Shown: positions 30,712 to 41,666, numbered from the stretch's first letter. The stretch: DNA of 64,000 nt from an uncultured delta proteobacterium (GCA_963766715.1 CAVYBH010000013.1:1-64000); one strand, 5' to 3'. A program made the numbers and translations. The notes: generated from the sequence alone by a model not told the origin.

Positions 30712-31360
30712 CTAGGACGGAAGCGCCTGCGGCCGGGCCGCGAGCCGAGCGGAGCTTGTGCCACACGAAGGCGATCACCGCGAGGACGATGACCACGCCG
30801 ATGGCCAGGTCGAAGCGGTGGAAGGCCGCCTTGAGCCGCGGATCGTCGTTCCACTTCTCGCCGAGCTTCATCCCCACCCAGGCGAGCCCCAGGCACCACG
30901 GGAACGAGCCGACGAAGGTGTAGACCACGAACTTGGTCATGTTCATCCGCGCCACGCCCGCCGGGAAGGCGATGAAGGTCCGGATGACCGGCAGGAGCCG
31001 CGCCCAGAAGACCACCGCCGCTCCGTGCTTGTCGAAGAGCCGGTCGGCGAGGTCGAGCTCGTGGTGCGAGAGCAGCACGTACTTCCCGTACTTCTCGATG
31101 ATGGGGCGGCCGCCGTACATGCCCAGGTAGTAGGCGGGGATCGACCCGACCACGCAGCCCACCGCGCCCCAGAACCCGGCGCCGAGCAGCGTGAACTGGC
31201 CCTGGTACACCAGGTACCCGGCGAAGGGCATGATGATCTCGGACGGGAGCGGGATGCAGGCGCTCTCGATGCCCATGAGGAGCACCACGCCTCCGTAGCC
31301 CATGGCCGAGATCACCGACGTGGTGAACACGGCGAGCACCTCGATGATCCTGGCTATCAC
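30712..31360 (-). CDS. DedA family membrane protein
   Basis: ESACIPLPSEIIMP and RLLPVIRTFIAFPAG motifs; as sequenced it reads in frame into SpoIID, with an out-of-frame TAG at 30712-30714. Confidence 0.9.
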
Positions 31361-32595
31361 CCGGCTCCTCCTTGCCTGCGTGCGGCGGGTCCCTCGTAGA
31401 AGACCTCGTCGTAGGGGCAGGTGCAATCGATCCCGGACGGCTCCGGGTAGAAGACCGGGCGCCCTCGCCAGGAACGGAGCCAGTGGCCGCGCGCCCGGCC
31501 CGGCGCGGAGACCCCGCCGTTCGTCCCGGCAGGCGGCGGCGCCGCCGCGTCGCCGGGCCCGAGCAGCCAGCCCGGCTGCAAGGTGACCTTCCCCGCGCCG
31601 CCGGGCAGGTCCACGGCCAGGTGCGGGACCGCGAGCCCGCTCGTGTGGCCGCGCAGGCCCTCGAGGATCTCGAGCCCGGTGGCGAGCGGGGTTCGAAGGT
31701 GCCCGGTCCCCTCGGCCAGGTCGCCCTGGTGCAGGTAGTAGGGACGCACCCGCCAGGCCAGCAACCGGTGGTTCAGGTCGGCGATGGTGCGGGCCGTCGA
31801 GTTCACTCGCCGCAGGAGCACGGTCTGGTTCTCGACCGGGACGCCGTGGTCGACCAGCCGCTCGCAGGCGGCGCGCGCCTCGGCGGTGCACTCCTTGGGG
31901 TGGTTGAAGTGGGTGACGACGAAGAGGGGCGCCAGCCGGCGCAGGAAGGCCGCCAGCGCGTCGGTCACCCGCATCGGGTTCACGACGGGTGCGCGAGTGG
32001 CGAGGCGGAGGATCTCGACGTGGGGAATGGCCCGCAGCGCCTCGAGCAGCCAGCCGATGCGCTCGTCGGAGAGGGCGAGCGGGTCGCCGCCGGAGACCAC
32101 GACGTCCCGCACCTCGGGGTGGGCCCGCACGTAGGCGATCCCCTCCAGGGCCGAGTCGCGGTCGAAGGCTCCCTCCTCCCCGCCGGTGATGCGCCGCCGG
32201 GTGCAGTGCCGGCAGTAGACGGCGCAGTGGTCCGCGGCGAGGAAGAGGACGCGGTCCGGGTACTTGTGCACCACGGCCCGGACCGGGCGCCGGCCGTCCT
32301 CGCCCAGCGGGTCGCGGAGGTCGCCGGGGGACTCGTCGACCTCGGCCGCCACCGGGATGACCTGCATCCGCACGGGACAGCCGGGGTGGTGAGGGTCCAT
32401 CAGCGACGCGTAGTAGGGCGTGGCGCCGACGCGGAACCGGCCCGCCGATCCCGCCAGCCCGCGGCGCTCCTCGGGCGTGAGGTCGACGAGGGTCTCCAGG
32501 TCGGCGGCGGTGCGGAGCATGTGGCGCTGCTGCCAGCGCCAGTCGCCCCAGTCCGCGTCGGAGACGCCGGGGAATGAGTTCCGGGATCCGGTCAT
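31357..32595 (-). CDS. KamA-family radical SAM protein (lysine 2,3-aminomutase-like), paralogue 2
   Basis: HKYPDR, CAVYCRHC, SGGDP, HQGD and VDLPGGAGK motifs. Confidence 0.92.
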   Translation of the reverse strand: MTGSRNSFPGVSDADWGDWRWQQRHMLRTAADLETLVDLTPEERRGLAGSAGRFRVGATPYYASLMDPHHPGCPVRMQVIPVAAEVDESPGDLRDPLGEDGRRPVRAVVHKYPDRVLFLAADHCAVYCRHCTRRRITGGEEGAFDRDSALEGIAYVRAHPEVRDVVVSGGDPLALSDERIGWLLEALRAIPHVEILRLATRAPVVNPMRVTDALAAFLRRLAPLFVVTHFNHPKECTAEARAACERLVDHGVPVENQTVLLRRVNSTARTIADLNHRLLAWRVRPYYLHQGDLAEGTGHLRTPLATGLEILEGLRGHTSGLAVPHLAVDLPGGAGKVTLQPGWLLGPGDAAAPPPAGTNGGVSAPGRARGHWLRSWRGRPVFYPEPSGIDCTCPYDEVFYEGPAARRQGGAG

Positions 32596-32622
32596 GGGGT
32601 CCGCGAGCCACGCGGCGGGCGG

Positions 32623-32652
32623 AAGCTAACCGGCGTTCCCGTCCCAAGTCAA
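32623..32652 (-). promoter_or_regulatory. Putative sigma70 promoter of kamA paralogue 2
   Basis: TTGACT-18 nt-TAGCTT. Confidence 0.5.
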
Positions 32653-32764
32653 ACCTCGCCTCCCGCGCGGCGCTGCGTATCATCCGGCGCCGGGGAGCCG
32701 TGTGGCGCGCCGGCGCCCGCGTTAGGAGAAGGGCAGCGGCCCGGGGGCCGCGGAGGAGTCGCGA

Positions 32765-33946
32765 ATGGCCACGCTTCCCATGATGCAGGACGATCCGAGC
32801 GCGCCCGATCCGCGACCGCCGGCTGCGGTGACGGGGCGCTTCCCGGTCGGGCCGCGCTCGGCCTGGAAGGACGTGCCGGACGCCCAGTGGAACGACTGGC
32901 ACTGGCAGCAGCGGGAACGGGTCACCCGCCTCGACCAGCTCGAGAAGGTGATCCGCATCACCGAGGACGAGCGCCGCGCCGCCGTGGAGACCGAGAAGGA
33001 CTTCCACATGGGCATCACGCCCTACTACGCGGCTCTCATGGACCCGGACGACCCGCACTGCCCCATCCGGCTCCAGTCGGTCCCGACCATGGGCGAGACC
33101 ATCGTGGCGGCGGCGGACCTCGACGACCCGCTCGCCGAGGAGCGGGACATGCCGGTTCCCGGCATCACCCACCGCTACCCGGACCGCGTGCTCTTCTACA
33201 TCACGCACAACTGCCCGGTGTACTGCCGCCACTGCACCCGGAAGCGGAAGGTGGCCGACCCCACCTCCGCGGCGGCGAAGAAGCAGGTGGAGGACGGCCT
33301 CGACTACATCGCGCTCCACCCCGAGATCCGCGACGTGGTCATCTCCGGCGGGGACCCGCTCTCCCTCTCCGACGACCGCCTCGACTACATCCTGGGACGG
33401 CTGCGCGCCATCCCGCACGTGGAGATCTTCCGCCTGGGGACGCGCAACCTCGTCACCCTCCCCCAGCGCGTGACCGACGACTTCGTGCGGATGCTCCGCA
33501 AGCACCAGCCGGTCTACGTGAACACCCACTTCAACCACCCCAAGGAGTGCACGGCGGAGGCCTTCGAGGCCGCCCGCCGGCTCGCCGACGGCGGATGCGT
33601 CATCGGCAACCAGATGGTGCTGCTGAAGGGCGTCAACGACGACCCGAAGACGGTGATGGAGCTGAACCACAAGCTCCTGCTCATGCGCATCCGGCCCTAC
33701 TACATCTACCAGTGCGACCTGGCGAAGGGCATCAGCCACTTCCGCACCACGGTGGAGGCGGGAAGGAAGATCATCCGCTCCCTGCGCGGCTTCACGAGCG
33801 GGCTGGCGGTCCCGCACTTCGTGGTGGACGCGCCCCAGGGCGGCGGGAAGATCCCGGTCAACCCCGACTACGTGACCCGTCACGAGGGGAAGAAATGGGT
33901 CTTCCGGAACTTCCAGGGCAAGGACTTCACCTACTTCGAGCCCTAG
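32765..33946 (+). CDS. kamA: Lysine 2,3-aminomutase (KamA family), paralogue 1
   Basis: THRYPDR, CPVYCRHC, YQCD and VDAPQGGGK motifs; GGAGGAG SD. Confidence 0.93.
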   Translation: MATLPMMQDDPSAPDPRPPAAVTGRFPVGPRSAWKDVPDAQWNDWHWQQRERVTRLDQLEKVIRITEDERRAAVETEKDFHMGITPYYAALMDPDDPHCPIRLQSVPTMGETIVAAADLDDPLAEERDMPVPGITHRYPDRVLFYITHNCPVYCRHCTRKRKVADPTSAAAKKQVEDGLDYIALHPEIRDVVISGGDPLSLSDDRLDYILGRLRAIPHVEIFRLGTRNLVTLPQRVTDDFVRMLRKHQPVYVNTHFNHPKECTAEAFEAARRLADGGCVIGNQMVLLKGVNDDPKTVMELNHKLLLMRIRPYYIYQCDLAKGISHFRTTVEAGRKIIRSLRGFTSGLAVPHFVVDAPQGGGKIPVNPDYVTRHEGKKWVFRNFQGKDFTYFEP

Positions 33947-33959
33947 CCGATCCGGCCGG

Positions 33960-34523
33960 TCAGGTCCCGGAGGTCACCACCGCCAGCATCCGCGCGGGAG
34001 CGCTTCCCAGCCCGCGGAAGAGGTGCGGCCGCGTGGCGTCGAGGTAGGCGCTGTCCCCGGGCCCGAGCACGCAGCGCTTGCCGTCGTGGGTGAGCTCGAT
34101 GGAGCCCTCCAGCACGAAGACGAACTCCTGCCCGTCGTGGGCCAGCGGGCGCGCGTCGGTGACGGCCGGATCGAAGGTGAGCAGGAAGGGCTCCATCTGG
34201 TGCCCCGGCGTCCCTGGACGCGTCAGGCTGCGGAAGGTGTAGCCCTGGTCGGTGTCGCCCTGGTCGAGCCCGGGCCGGCTCTCGCTGGCCCGGGTCACGG
34301 TCAGCGCCTCGGAGGCGAAGCCGCCCCCGTGGAGCAGCCCCCCCACCTTGGAGCCCAGCACCCGCGACAGCTTGATGACCACGCCGATGGAGGGCACCTC
34401 GTTGCCCTCCTCGAAGGCGGCCAGCCGGTCCGGGGACAGGCCCGCCATGCGGCACACGTCTTCCCGCGTCAGGTCCTGGGCCTCGCGCATCTTGCGGATC
34501 CGGATTCCGATGTCGGTCTGCAT
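33960..34523 (-). CDS. XRE-family HTH regulator with cupin domain
   Basis: N-terminal HTH (IGIRIRKMRE...), MEPFLL and HDGQEFVFVLEG motifs; alternative start 34526. Confidence 0.9.
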   Translation of the reverse strand: MQTDIGIRIRKMREAQDLTREDVCRMAGLSPDRLAAFEEGNEVPSIGVVIKLSRVLGSKVGGLLHGGGFASEALTVTRASESRPGLDQGDTDQGYTFRSLTRPGTPGHQMEPFLLTFDPAVTDARPLAHDGQEFVFVLEGSIELTHDGKRCVLGPGDSAYLDATRPHLFRGLGSAPARMLAVVTSGT

Positions 34524-34542
34524 CACGTCCTCCCGGGCTGCC

Positions 34543-35469
34543 TCAGGATTCGCGCCTGGCCGGCACGATGCGCCCGCTTCGCTGGCGCAGGTCCCGCCAG
34601 TTGTGCTCGATGGCGGGGCGCAGGTCCGCGGCGCCGATCTCCGACTTCTGGAAGCGGCGCTGGAGCGACAGGTAGAGCTCGAGCGCCTCCTCGGAGAAGT
34701 CCGGCTCGACGTTGATGGTCAGCCGGGTCCCGTCCACGACCTCCACCACCGGGAAGAGCCCGGAGCGCACCGCCAGCCGCACCAGCTCGATCCCGAGCGC
34801 CGGCTCCGACTTCCAGCCGGTGGGACAGGGCGCCAGCACGTGGAGGAAGCGGAAGCCCTTCAGGTCGAGGGCCTTTCGCATCTTCCGGATGGCGTCCTGC
34901 GGGTGGGCCAGCGAGAGGGTGGCCGCGTAGGGAACGCGGTGGGCCGCCACGATCGCGAGCACGTCCTTCTTCTGCTCGGCCTTCCCGCGCAGGGTGTTGG
35001 TGGTGGCCGCCCCCGCCGGCGTGGCCGACGACCGCTGACCCCCGGTGTTCCCGTAGATCTCGTTGTCGTAGCAGACGTAGAGGATGTCCTCGTTGCGCTC
35101 GGCCGCCCCGGACAGGCTCGCCATGCCGATGTCGTAGGTGCCTCCGTCGCCGGCCCAGCAGACCACCCGGGTGTCCTCCCCGTTCAGCCGGGCCACCTGG
35201 CTCATCCCGGTGGCCACCGCGGCGGCCGAGCCGAAGGTGGAGAGGATGACCGGGACGCCCACCGCGGAGTACGGGAACGGCCCCACCGTGATGGCCCCGC
35301 AGCTGGCCGGGATGACGATCTGCAGCCGGCGGTCGTCCATGGCGCGCCCGAGGAACTGGAGCGCCGTGGACATGCCGCACCCGCCGCAGTTGCCGTTCCC
35401 CGGGCGGAGCAGCGGGTCGGCCGTGGGGCAGGTGGCGCCGGTGAGGGCGGTCAGGACCGATTCGCTCAT
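34543..35469 (-). CDS. 2-oxoacid:acceptor oxidoreductase beta (TPP-binding) subunit
   Basis: CGGCG, GDGG...DNEIYGNTGGQ and PCPTGW motifs. Confidence 0.93.
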   Translation of the reverse strand: MSESVLTALTGATCPTADPLLRPGNGNCGGCGMSTALQFLGRAMDDRRLQIVIPASCGAITVGPFPYSAVGVPVILSTFGSAAAVATGMSQVARLNGEDTRVVCWAGDGGTYDIGMASLSGAAERNEDILYVCYDNEIYGNTGGQRSSATPAGAATTNTLRGKAEQKKDVLAIVAAHRVPYAATLSLAHPQDAIRKMRKALDLKGFRFLHVLAPCPTGWKSEPALGIELVRLAVRSGLFPVVEVVDGTRLTINVEPDFSEEALELYLSLQRRFQKSEIGAADLRPAIEHNWRDLRQRSGRIVPARRES

Positions 35470-36629
35470 GTTCCCGCCTCCAGCAGCACCGGCGCGCCGG
35501 CCGCGGCGCGCGATGCGACGTCCTCGGCGATGGACAGGACGTGCGACGGCCGCACGTCGCCGCCGCCGACGCCGATCATGTAGCCCTGGACGACCGCGCC
35601 GGGGTCGGCGAGCCCGCGCGCCTCGCCCCAGAGGACTCCGCCGAAGCCCAGGCTGATGTTGCGGTCGATGACCGCGATCCGGCTCCGCCCCCGGAACGCG
35701 GCGGCGAGCTGCGCCGACGGGAACGGGCGGAACGTCCGGACCCGGAGCCCGCCCATCCGGATCCCCTTCTCGCGGGCCTCGTCCACGGCCCGCTCGACGG
35801 TGGAGGCGATGGTGCCCATCGACACCACCAGCACGTCGGCGTCGTCGACCCGGTAGGGGACGATCGGGTCGGCCGGGCGCCTTCCGAACTCGGCCTCGAA
35901 CGCGTCCTGCACCTCCCGGTAGACGTCCCAGACGCGGTCCATGGCCTGCTGGTGCTGGGCGCGGTGGACCTCGGTGGTGTGCGGGACGGTCACCCCGCCG
36001 ATGACCCGGGGGGTGCCGTCCATCCGGTCCGGGAGGTCGAGGGGCGGCAGGAAGCGATCCACCTTCTCCTGGGCCGGCACGTCGGTCCCCACCATGGTGT
36101 GGGAGAGGACGAAGGCCTCCTGGCACACCAGCACGGGGAGCTGGATGCGCCGGTCCTCGCCGAGCCGGTAGGCGCAGAGCACGCTGTCGAGCACCTCCTG
36201 GTTGTCGGCGCAGTAGAGCTGGATCCACCCGGAGTCGCGCAGCATCAGGGTGTCGCCGTGGTCGGCCCAGACGTTCCAGGGCGGACCCAGCGTGCGGTTG
36301 GCCGCGACCATCACCACCGGCAGCCGCAGGAGCGCCGCGGCCACCAGGTTCTCGGCCATGTAGGCGATGCCGTTCGACGACGAGGTGGTGAAGGTGCGCG
36401 CCCCGCTCGCCGAGGCCCCGATGCAGACCGCCATGGCGCTGTGCTCGCTCTCCACCCGGACGACGTGCCCCTTCTCGATCTCCTGGTTGCAGAGGAGCTC
36501 CATGCACTCGGTGGAGGGCGTGATCGGGTACACGCCGCTGCAGAAGCCGCGTCCCACGCGGTTGGCACGTCCGGCCAGGGCGGCGCCCAGGGCGGCTGCG
36601 TGGTTCGCGCTGAGCAGCTGTCCGGCCAT
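35466..36629 (-). CDS. 2-oxoacid:acceptor oxidoreductase alpha subunit
   Basis: YPITPS, ESEHSA, ANRTL and FRPFP motifs. Confidence 0.93.
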   Translation of the reverse strand: MAGQLLSANHAAALGAALAGRANRVGRGFCSGVYPITPSTECMELLCNQEIEKGHVVRVESEHSAMAVCIGASASGARTFTTSSSNGIAYMAENLVAAALLRLPVVMVAANRTLGPPWNVWADHGDTLMLRDSGWIQLYCADNQEVLDSVLCAYRLGEDRRIQLPVLVCQEAFVLSHTMVGTDVPAQEKVDRFLPPLDLPDRMDGTPRVIGGVTVPHTTEVHRAQHQQAMDRVWDVYREVQDAFEAEFGRRPADPIVPYRVDDADVLVVSMGTIASTVERAVDEAREKGIRMGGLRVRTFRPFPSAQLAAAFRGRSRIAVIDRNISLGFGGVLWGEARGLADPGAVVQGYMIGVGGGDVRPSHVLSIAEDVASRAAAGAPVLLEAGT

Positions 36630-36633
36630 TCGA

Positions 36634-38905
36634 TCACCTCGCCGAGGCTTCCGGCACCATCTCCATGGCGCGCCGCGGACACTCCGCGACGCACATCCCG
36701 CACCCCTTGCAGTAGGCCTCGTCCACCCGGTAGCCGTCGCCCACGCGCCGGATGACCCCCTCCGGGCAGTAGAGGAGGCAGGTGTCGCAGTGGGTGCAGG
36801 TGCCGCAGGAGAAGCAGCGGTGCGCCTCCTCCGGCCCCGCGAGGCCGAGCGAGACCTCGTCGAAGCTCGCGGTGCGGCGCTCCATCGGGAGGTGCCGCTC
36901 CGCGTGGGGCGGCTCCACCTCGAAGTGCGTGAAGCGCACGTGCCCGGGCGTCACCCGATCGTCGGGGGAGGCCGCCTCGACCGCCGGATCGGGCTGGCCG
37001 GCCAGCGCCGCCAGCACCCGGGCCGCCGTCCGGCGCCCGCTGCCCAGGGCGTGGGTCACCGTGCCGTCGCCGGTGGCCATGTCTCCCGCCAGCCAGACGT
37101 TGGTGGGGCCGGCGGGGGAGACGGCGCGCCCGTCGCGCGCGGTCGTGCCCGGGGGCAGGAGCGAGAGATCGGCGCCCTGGCCCAGGGCGAGGAGCACCCG
37201 GTCGCAGGGAATCGTGCTCGTCCGGTCGGTCACGACCGGCCGCCGGCGCCCGCTGGCGTCGGGCTCGCCGAGCTCGACCTCGGCCACCTGCATCGCGGCG
37301 ACGCACCCCGTTCCGAGGATGCCCACCGGCTGCCGATGGGCGAGGAGCCGGACGCCCTCGGCCAGCGCCTCGTCGATCTCCGGCGCGATGGCCGGCATCT
37401 CCTTGCGCCCGCGCCGATAGACGAGCGTGACCGAGCCGGCGCCGAGGCGCAGCGCCGTTCGCGCACAGTCGATGGCGGTGTTGCCGCCCCCCACGACGAC
37501 GACGTGGCCGGAGAGGCGGGCCGCGCCGTCCCGCTTCGCCGCGTCGAGGAAGCGGATGCCCTGCACCACGCCCGGCAGGTCGATTCCCGGCACGTCGAGC
37601 CCGGTCAGCCGTGGAAGCCCCGCGGCGAGGATCACGGCATCGCTCTCCGCGGCGAGCCGGGCGACCCCGGCCGGCTCGAGGAAGGTCCCGGTCCGGGTCT
37701 TCACGCCGAGGGCCTGGACCCGGTCGAGGTCGCGGTCGAGCGCCTCGTCGGGGAGCCGGTAGGCGGGGATGCCGGTCCGCAGGACGCCGCCCAGCCGCGT
37801 CTCGCCCTCGTGGAGCGTGACGTCGTGGCCGGCCAGCGCCAGCGCCCAGGCCGCGCCCAGTCCGGCGGGCCCGCTCCCCACCACGGAGACCCTGCGCCGG
37901 ACGCCCTCGGGCGCGGGCGCCACCGGGCTCACCGTGGCGTGATCGCCAATCCAGCGCTCCAGGCCCCGGATGTCCACGGCGCCGTCGTAGGCGCCCCGGT
38001 TGCAGGCGGCCATGCAGGGCGCGGGGCAGACGCGACCGCACACGGAGGGGATCGGCTGGGTCCGGAAGAGGACGTGGGCGGCGGCCTCGACCCCCTCCTC
38101 CTTCAGCGCCTGGACGAAGCCGACCACGTCGTTCCCGGCCGGACACCCGGCGTTGCACGGCGCCTGGTGCGACCGGTAGATCGGCGCCTGGGTGCGCCAC
38201 GAGCCGGTCTGCAGCGGCGTGGGCAGGTCGCGAAGGTGCTCGGTGATGCCGACCACCGGGAGCGCCGTCGCCCCCGAGCGCGCCGAGGTCCCCCCGGCCG
38301 GCTCGTCGTCGGCCTCGCGGGCCTCGACCGAGTCCCAGGCCTCCCGGGCAGCGGCGAGATCGCGGGCCAGTCCCTGGGCGGCGAAGGCCCGCTCCACCGC
38401 GTCCCAGGGAAGTCCCACGGCGCGGGCGTAGGCCCCGGCCAGCGTGGTGTTGATGATGACCACCGCGCTCGTGCCGATGCCGTGGCGCCGCGCGATCTCG
38501 GTGGCGTCCACCGCGGACAGCCGGAAGTGACCGTGGGTGCCGGCGAAGGGCGCCAGTCCGCGCGCCGTGTTGAGGAGGACCACCGAGCCCGCACCCGCCC
38601 CGCCGAGCACGTCGTCGGCCAGGCAGGGCCGCGTCGAGCACGAGCAGGTGGTGCGGCTCGTACACCTTGTTCCGGTTGACGATGGGTGCGGTGTCGACGC
38701 GGGTGAAGGCGCGGATGGGGGCGCCGGTCCGCTCGGAGCCGTAGTCCCCGAACGTCTGCACGTGGAGGCCGAGCTCGGCGTAGATGGAGGCGACGATCTT
38801 GGCGCAGGTCACGCCGCCCTGCCCGCCGCGGCCGTGGACGCGGACCTCCAGGGGGAGCGGGATCTCCCGGGGGAAGCCAGCCGGAACCGTCGCCTTCTCG
38901 CCCAC
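36634..38905 (-). CDS. 2-oxoacid oxidoreductase gamma subunit fused to a GltD/SudA-like FAD-NADPH domain and a delta-like ferredoxin (frameshift near 38625)
   Basis: HGRGGQGGVT and YGSERTGAP (gamma); PCNAGCP, CGRVCPAPC, GSGPAG, GGGNTA, YRR (GltD); CTHCDTCLLYCP and CKGCGMCVAECP (ferredoxin). Confidence 0.88.
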
Positions 38906-38948
38906 CGAACCCTCCTCCTCCGAGGGGCCAGCGTAGCGCAAACCGGGG

Positions 38949-39473
38949 CTAGCGGCGTCCCTTCTTCGGCGCCGGCTTCCGCCCGGCCGGAGCCGGCTTC
39001 GTCCGCCCGGCCTTCGCGCCCGGCTTCGCCTTCGCCTTGGCCTTGACCTTCACCTTGCGGGGCGCCGCCGCCGGCCGGGGGTGCTTCACGGCGTGGACCT
39101 CGACCTCGATCCGCGCGCCCTTGGGCAGCCCCGCCACCTGGATGGTGGATCGCGCCGGGAACGCCTCCTGGAAGCGGCGCGCGTAGACCTCGTTCATGGC
39201 GGCGAAATCGGCCAGGTCGACGAGGAACACGGTGGTCTTCACCACGTCGGCGAATTCCATCTCCGCGTGCTCCAGCACCGCCGCGATGTTCTCCATCACC
39301 CGCTCGGCCTGGGCGGTGATGTCGCCGGGGACGAGGTCGCCGGTGGCCGGGTCGATGGGGATCTGCCCGGCCGCGTGGAGCATCTGGACGCCGGGGAGGT
39401 GGTGGGTGACGACGGCCTGGCTGTAGGGGCCGATGGCCTTCGGGGCCTTGGGGCTGGCGATGGTCCTTCTCAC
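38949..39473 (-). CDS. ridA: RidA family enamine deaminase with basic C-terminal tail
   Basis: APKAIGPYSQA, GQIP, PARS and LPKGARIEVE motifs. Confidence 0.92.
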   Translation of the reverse strand: MRRTIASPKAPKAIGPYSQAVVTHHLPGVQMLHAAGQIPIDPATGDLVPGDITAQAERVMENIAAVLEHAEMEFADVVKTTVFLVDLADFAAMNEVYARRFQEAFPARSTIQVAGLPKGARIEVEVHAVKHPRPAAAPRKVKVKAKAKAKPGAKAGRTKPAPAGRKPAPKKGRR

Positions 39474-39496
39474 GGCGTCCTCCTGCTGCGGGGGTG

Positions 39497-41666
39497 TCAG
39501 ACGCGCTCCACGGAGTGGACTCCGTCCACCTTCTCCAGGCTGCGCATCACCGAGGTGAGCTGCTTCAGGTCCTGCACCGAGACCTCGAAGGAGAGCACGG
39601 CGCGCTCGGTGCCGGCGCGCACGTCGGCCTGGGCGATGTTCACCCCGGCCTCGCTGAAGATTTGGGAGACGCGGGCGAGCATGCCCGGCCGGTCGTCGCT
39701 CACCACCCGGACCGAGACCAGCCGCTTGAGGTCGCCCTTCACGTCCCAGGAGACGTCGACCCGCCGGAGCGGGTCCATGGCCAGCCCCTTCTCGCAGCGG
39801 GCGGTGTGCACCGTCACGCCGCGCCCCCGGGTGATGAACCCCACGATGGGATCCCCGGGCACCGGGTTGCAGCACTTGCCGTAGCGGACGAGGACGTCCT
39901 CGATCCCGCTGATGCGGACCCCGCCGGCCGGCCGCCGGGCCACCTTGCGGAAGAGCTCGGTGAGCCGGCTGGTCACGCCGGGCTCGGCGGGCGTGGCCAG
40001 CTTCTCCTCGGGAACGAGGAGCCGCACCACCTGATCGGGCGACACCTTGCCGTAGCCCATGGCCACGAGCAGGTCGTCCCCGATGCGATAGCCCAGCGCC
40101 GCGGCGGCCTTGTCGAGCGACCCGTCCTTCGCCGATCGCGAGAGCGACACGCCGTAGCGGCGCAGCTCGCGCTCGGCCACCTCCTTGCCGATCTCCAGCG
40201 ACCGCCTGTGCTCCGCCTGCCGGATGAACTGGCGGATGCGGGCCTGGGCGCGGCTGGTCCGGACGAAGGTGAGCCAGTCCTTGGAGGGCTGGGCGTGGGG
40301 CGAGGTGAGGATCTCGACGGTGTCGCCGTTCTTGAGCCGGTAGCGAAGCGGGACGATCTTGCCGTTCACCTTGGCGCCCACGCAGCTGTGGCCGATCTCG
40401 GAGTGGACCGAGTAGGCGAAGTCGAGCGGGGTCGCGCCGCGGGGCAGGCTCTTCACGTGCCCCTTGGGCGTGAAGACGAAGACCTCGTCGGCGAAGAGGT
40501 CGACCTTCACCGTCTCCAGGAACTCGGTGGGGTCGGAGAGCTCCTTCTGCCACTCGAGGAGCTGCCGGAGCCAGCCGTACTGCTCGGCGTCGCTGGCCCG
40601 GATCCGCTCCTTCCCCTTCCCGTCCCGGGGCGTCTCCTTGTACTTCCAGTGCGCGGCCACGCCCTGCTCCGCCACCTGGTGCATCTCCTCGGTCCGGATT
40701 TGGATCTCGATCCGCTCCGCCCGGGGGCCCGACCACGGTGGTGTGGAGCGACTGGTACAGGTTGGGCTTGGGGATGGCGATGTAGTCCTTGAATCGGCCC
40801 GGGACCGGCTTCCACAGCGAGTGGATGAGGCCGAGGGCCTCGTAGCACTGGGCCACCGACCCCACGATCACCCGGAACGCCACCAGGTCGTGGATCTGCT
40901 CGAAGGGCAGGTCCCCCTCGTGCATCTTCCGCCAGATGGAGTAGAGGTGCTTGACCCGGCCGTAGACCTTGCCCTGGATGCCGTTCTCGGCGAGCCGCGA
41001 CTGGATGACGTCGACCACCTCGAGGACGAACCGGTCGCGCTCCTTGGCCTTGCTCGCCACCCGCTCCTGGAGCTCGGCGTGCTCGGACGGCCGGAGGTAG
41101 CGGAAGGAGAGGTCCTCGAGCTCGGTCTTGACCGACTGCATGCCCAGCCGGTTGGAGAGCGGCGCGTAGATGTCGAGGGTCTCCTGGGCGATGCGCTCCT
41201 GCTTGTCCGGGCGCATGTGCTCGAGGGTCCGCATGTTGTGGATGCGGTCGGCCAGCTTGACGAGGAGGACGCGGATGTCCTTCGCCATGGCCACGACCAT
41301 CTTGCGGAAGTTCTCGGCCTGCTTCTCCTCCTTGGTGTTGCCGGCGGAGAACTGGGAGAGCTTGGTCACCCCGTCGACGAGGTCGGCCACCTCCTCGCCG
41401 AAGAGCTCGGCGATCTCCTCGCGCGTGGCGAGGGTGTCCTCGATGGTGTCGTGGAGCAGCCCGGTGACGATGGACGCCTCGTCCAGCCGGAGCTCGGCGA
41501 GGATCCCGGCCACCTCCAGCGGGTGGACGAGGTACGGCTCCCCCGACTTGCGGATTTGTCCCTGGTGGACCTTCGCCGAGTAGACGTAGGCCTTCTTGAT
41601 GACGTCGAGGTCCGCGGCGGCGTGGTAGGCGGCGACCTTGTCCAGGATGTCGTTGAGCCGCAGCAA
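39497..41666 (-). CDS. rel: Bifunctional (p)ppGpp synthetase/hydrolase (frameshift near 40725)
   Basis: HDTIED, RFKDYIA and YQSLHT motifs; TGS, CC and ACT domains in the 39497..40684 frame. Confidence 0.95.

Noticed and set aside
38949..41666. Rel-RidA fusion ORF (905 aa)
   Set aside because: Created by the frameshift near 40725; the Rel C-terminus has its own stop at 39497 and RidA has its own SD and GTG
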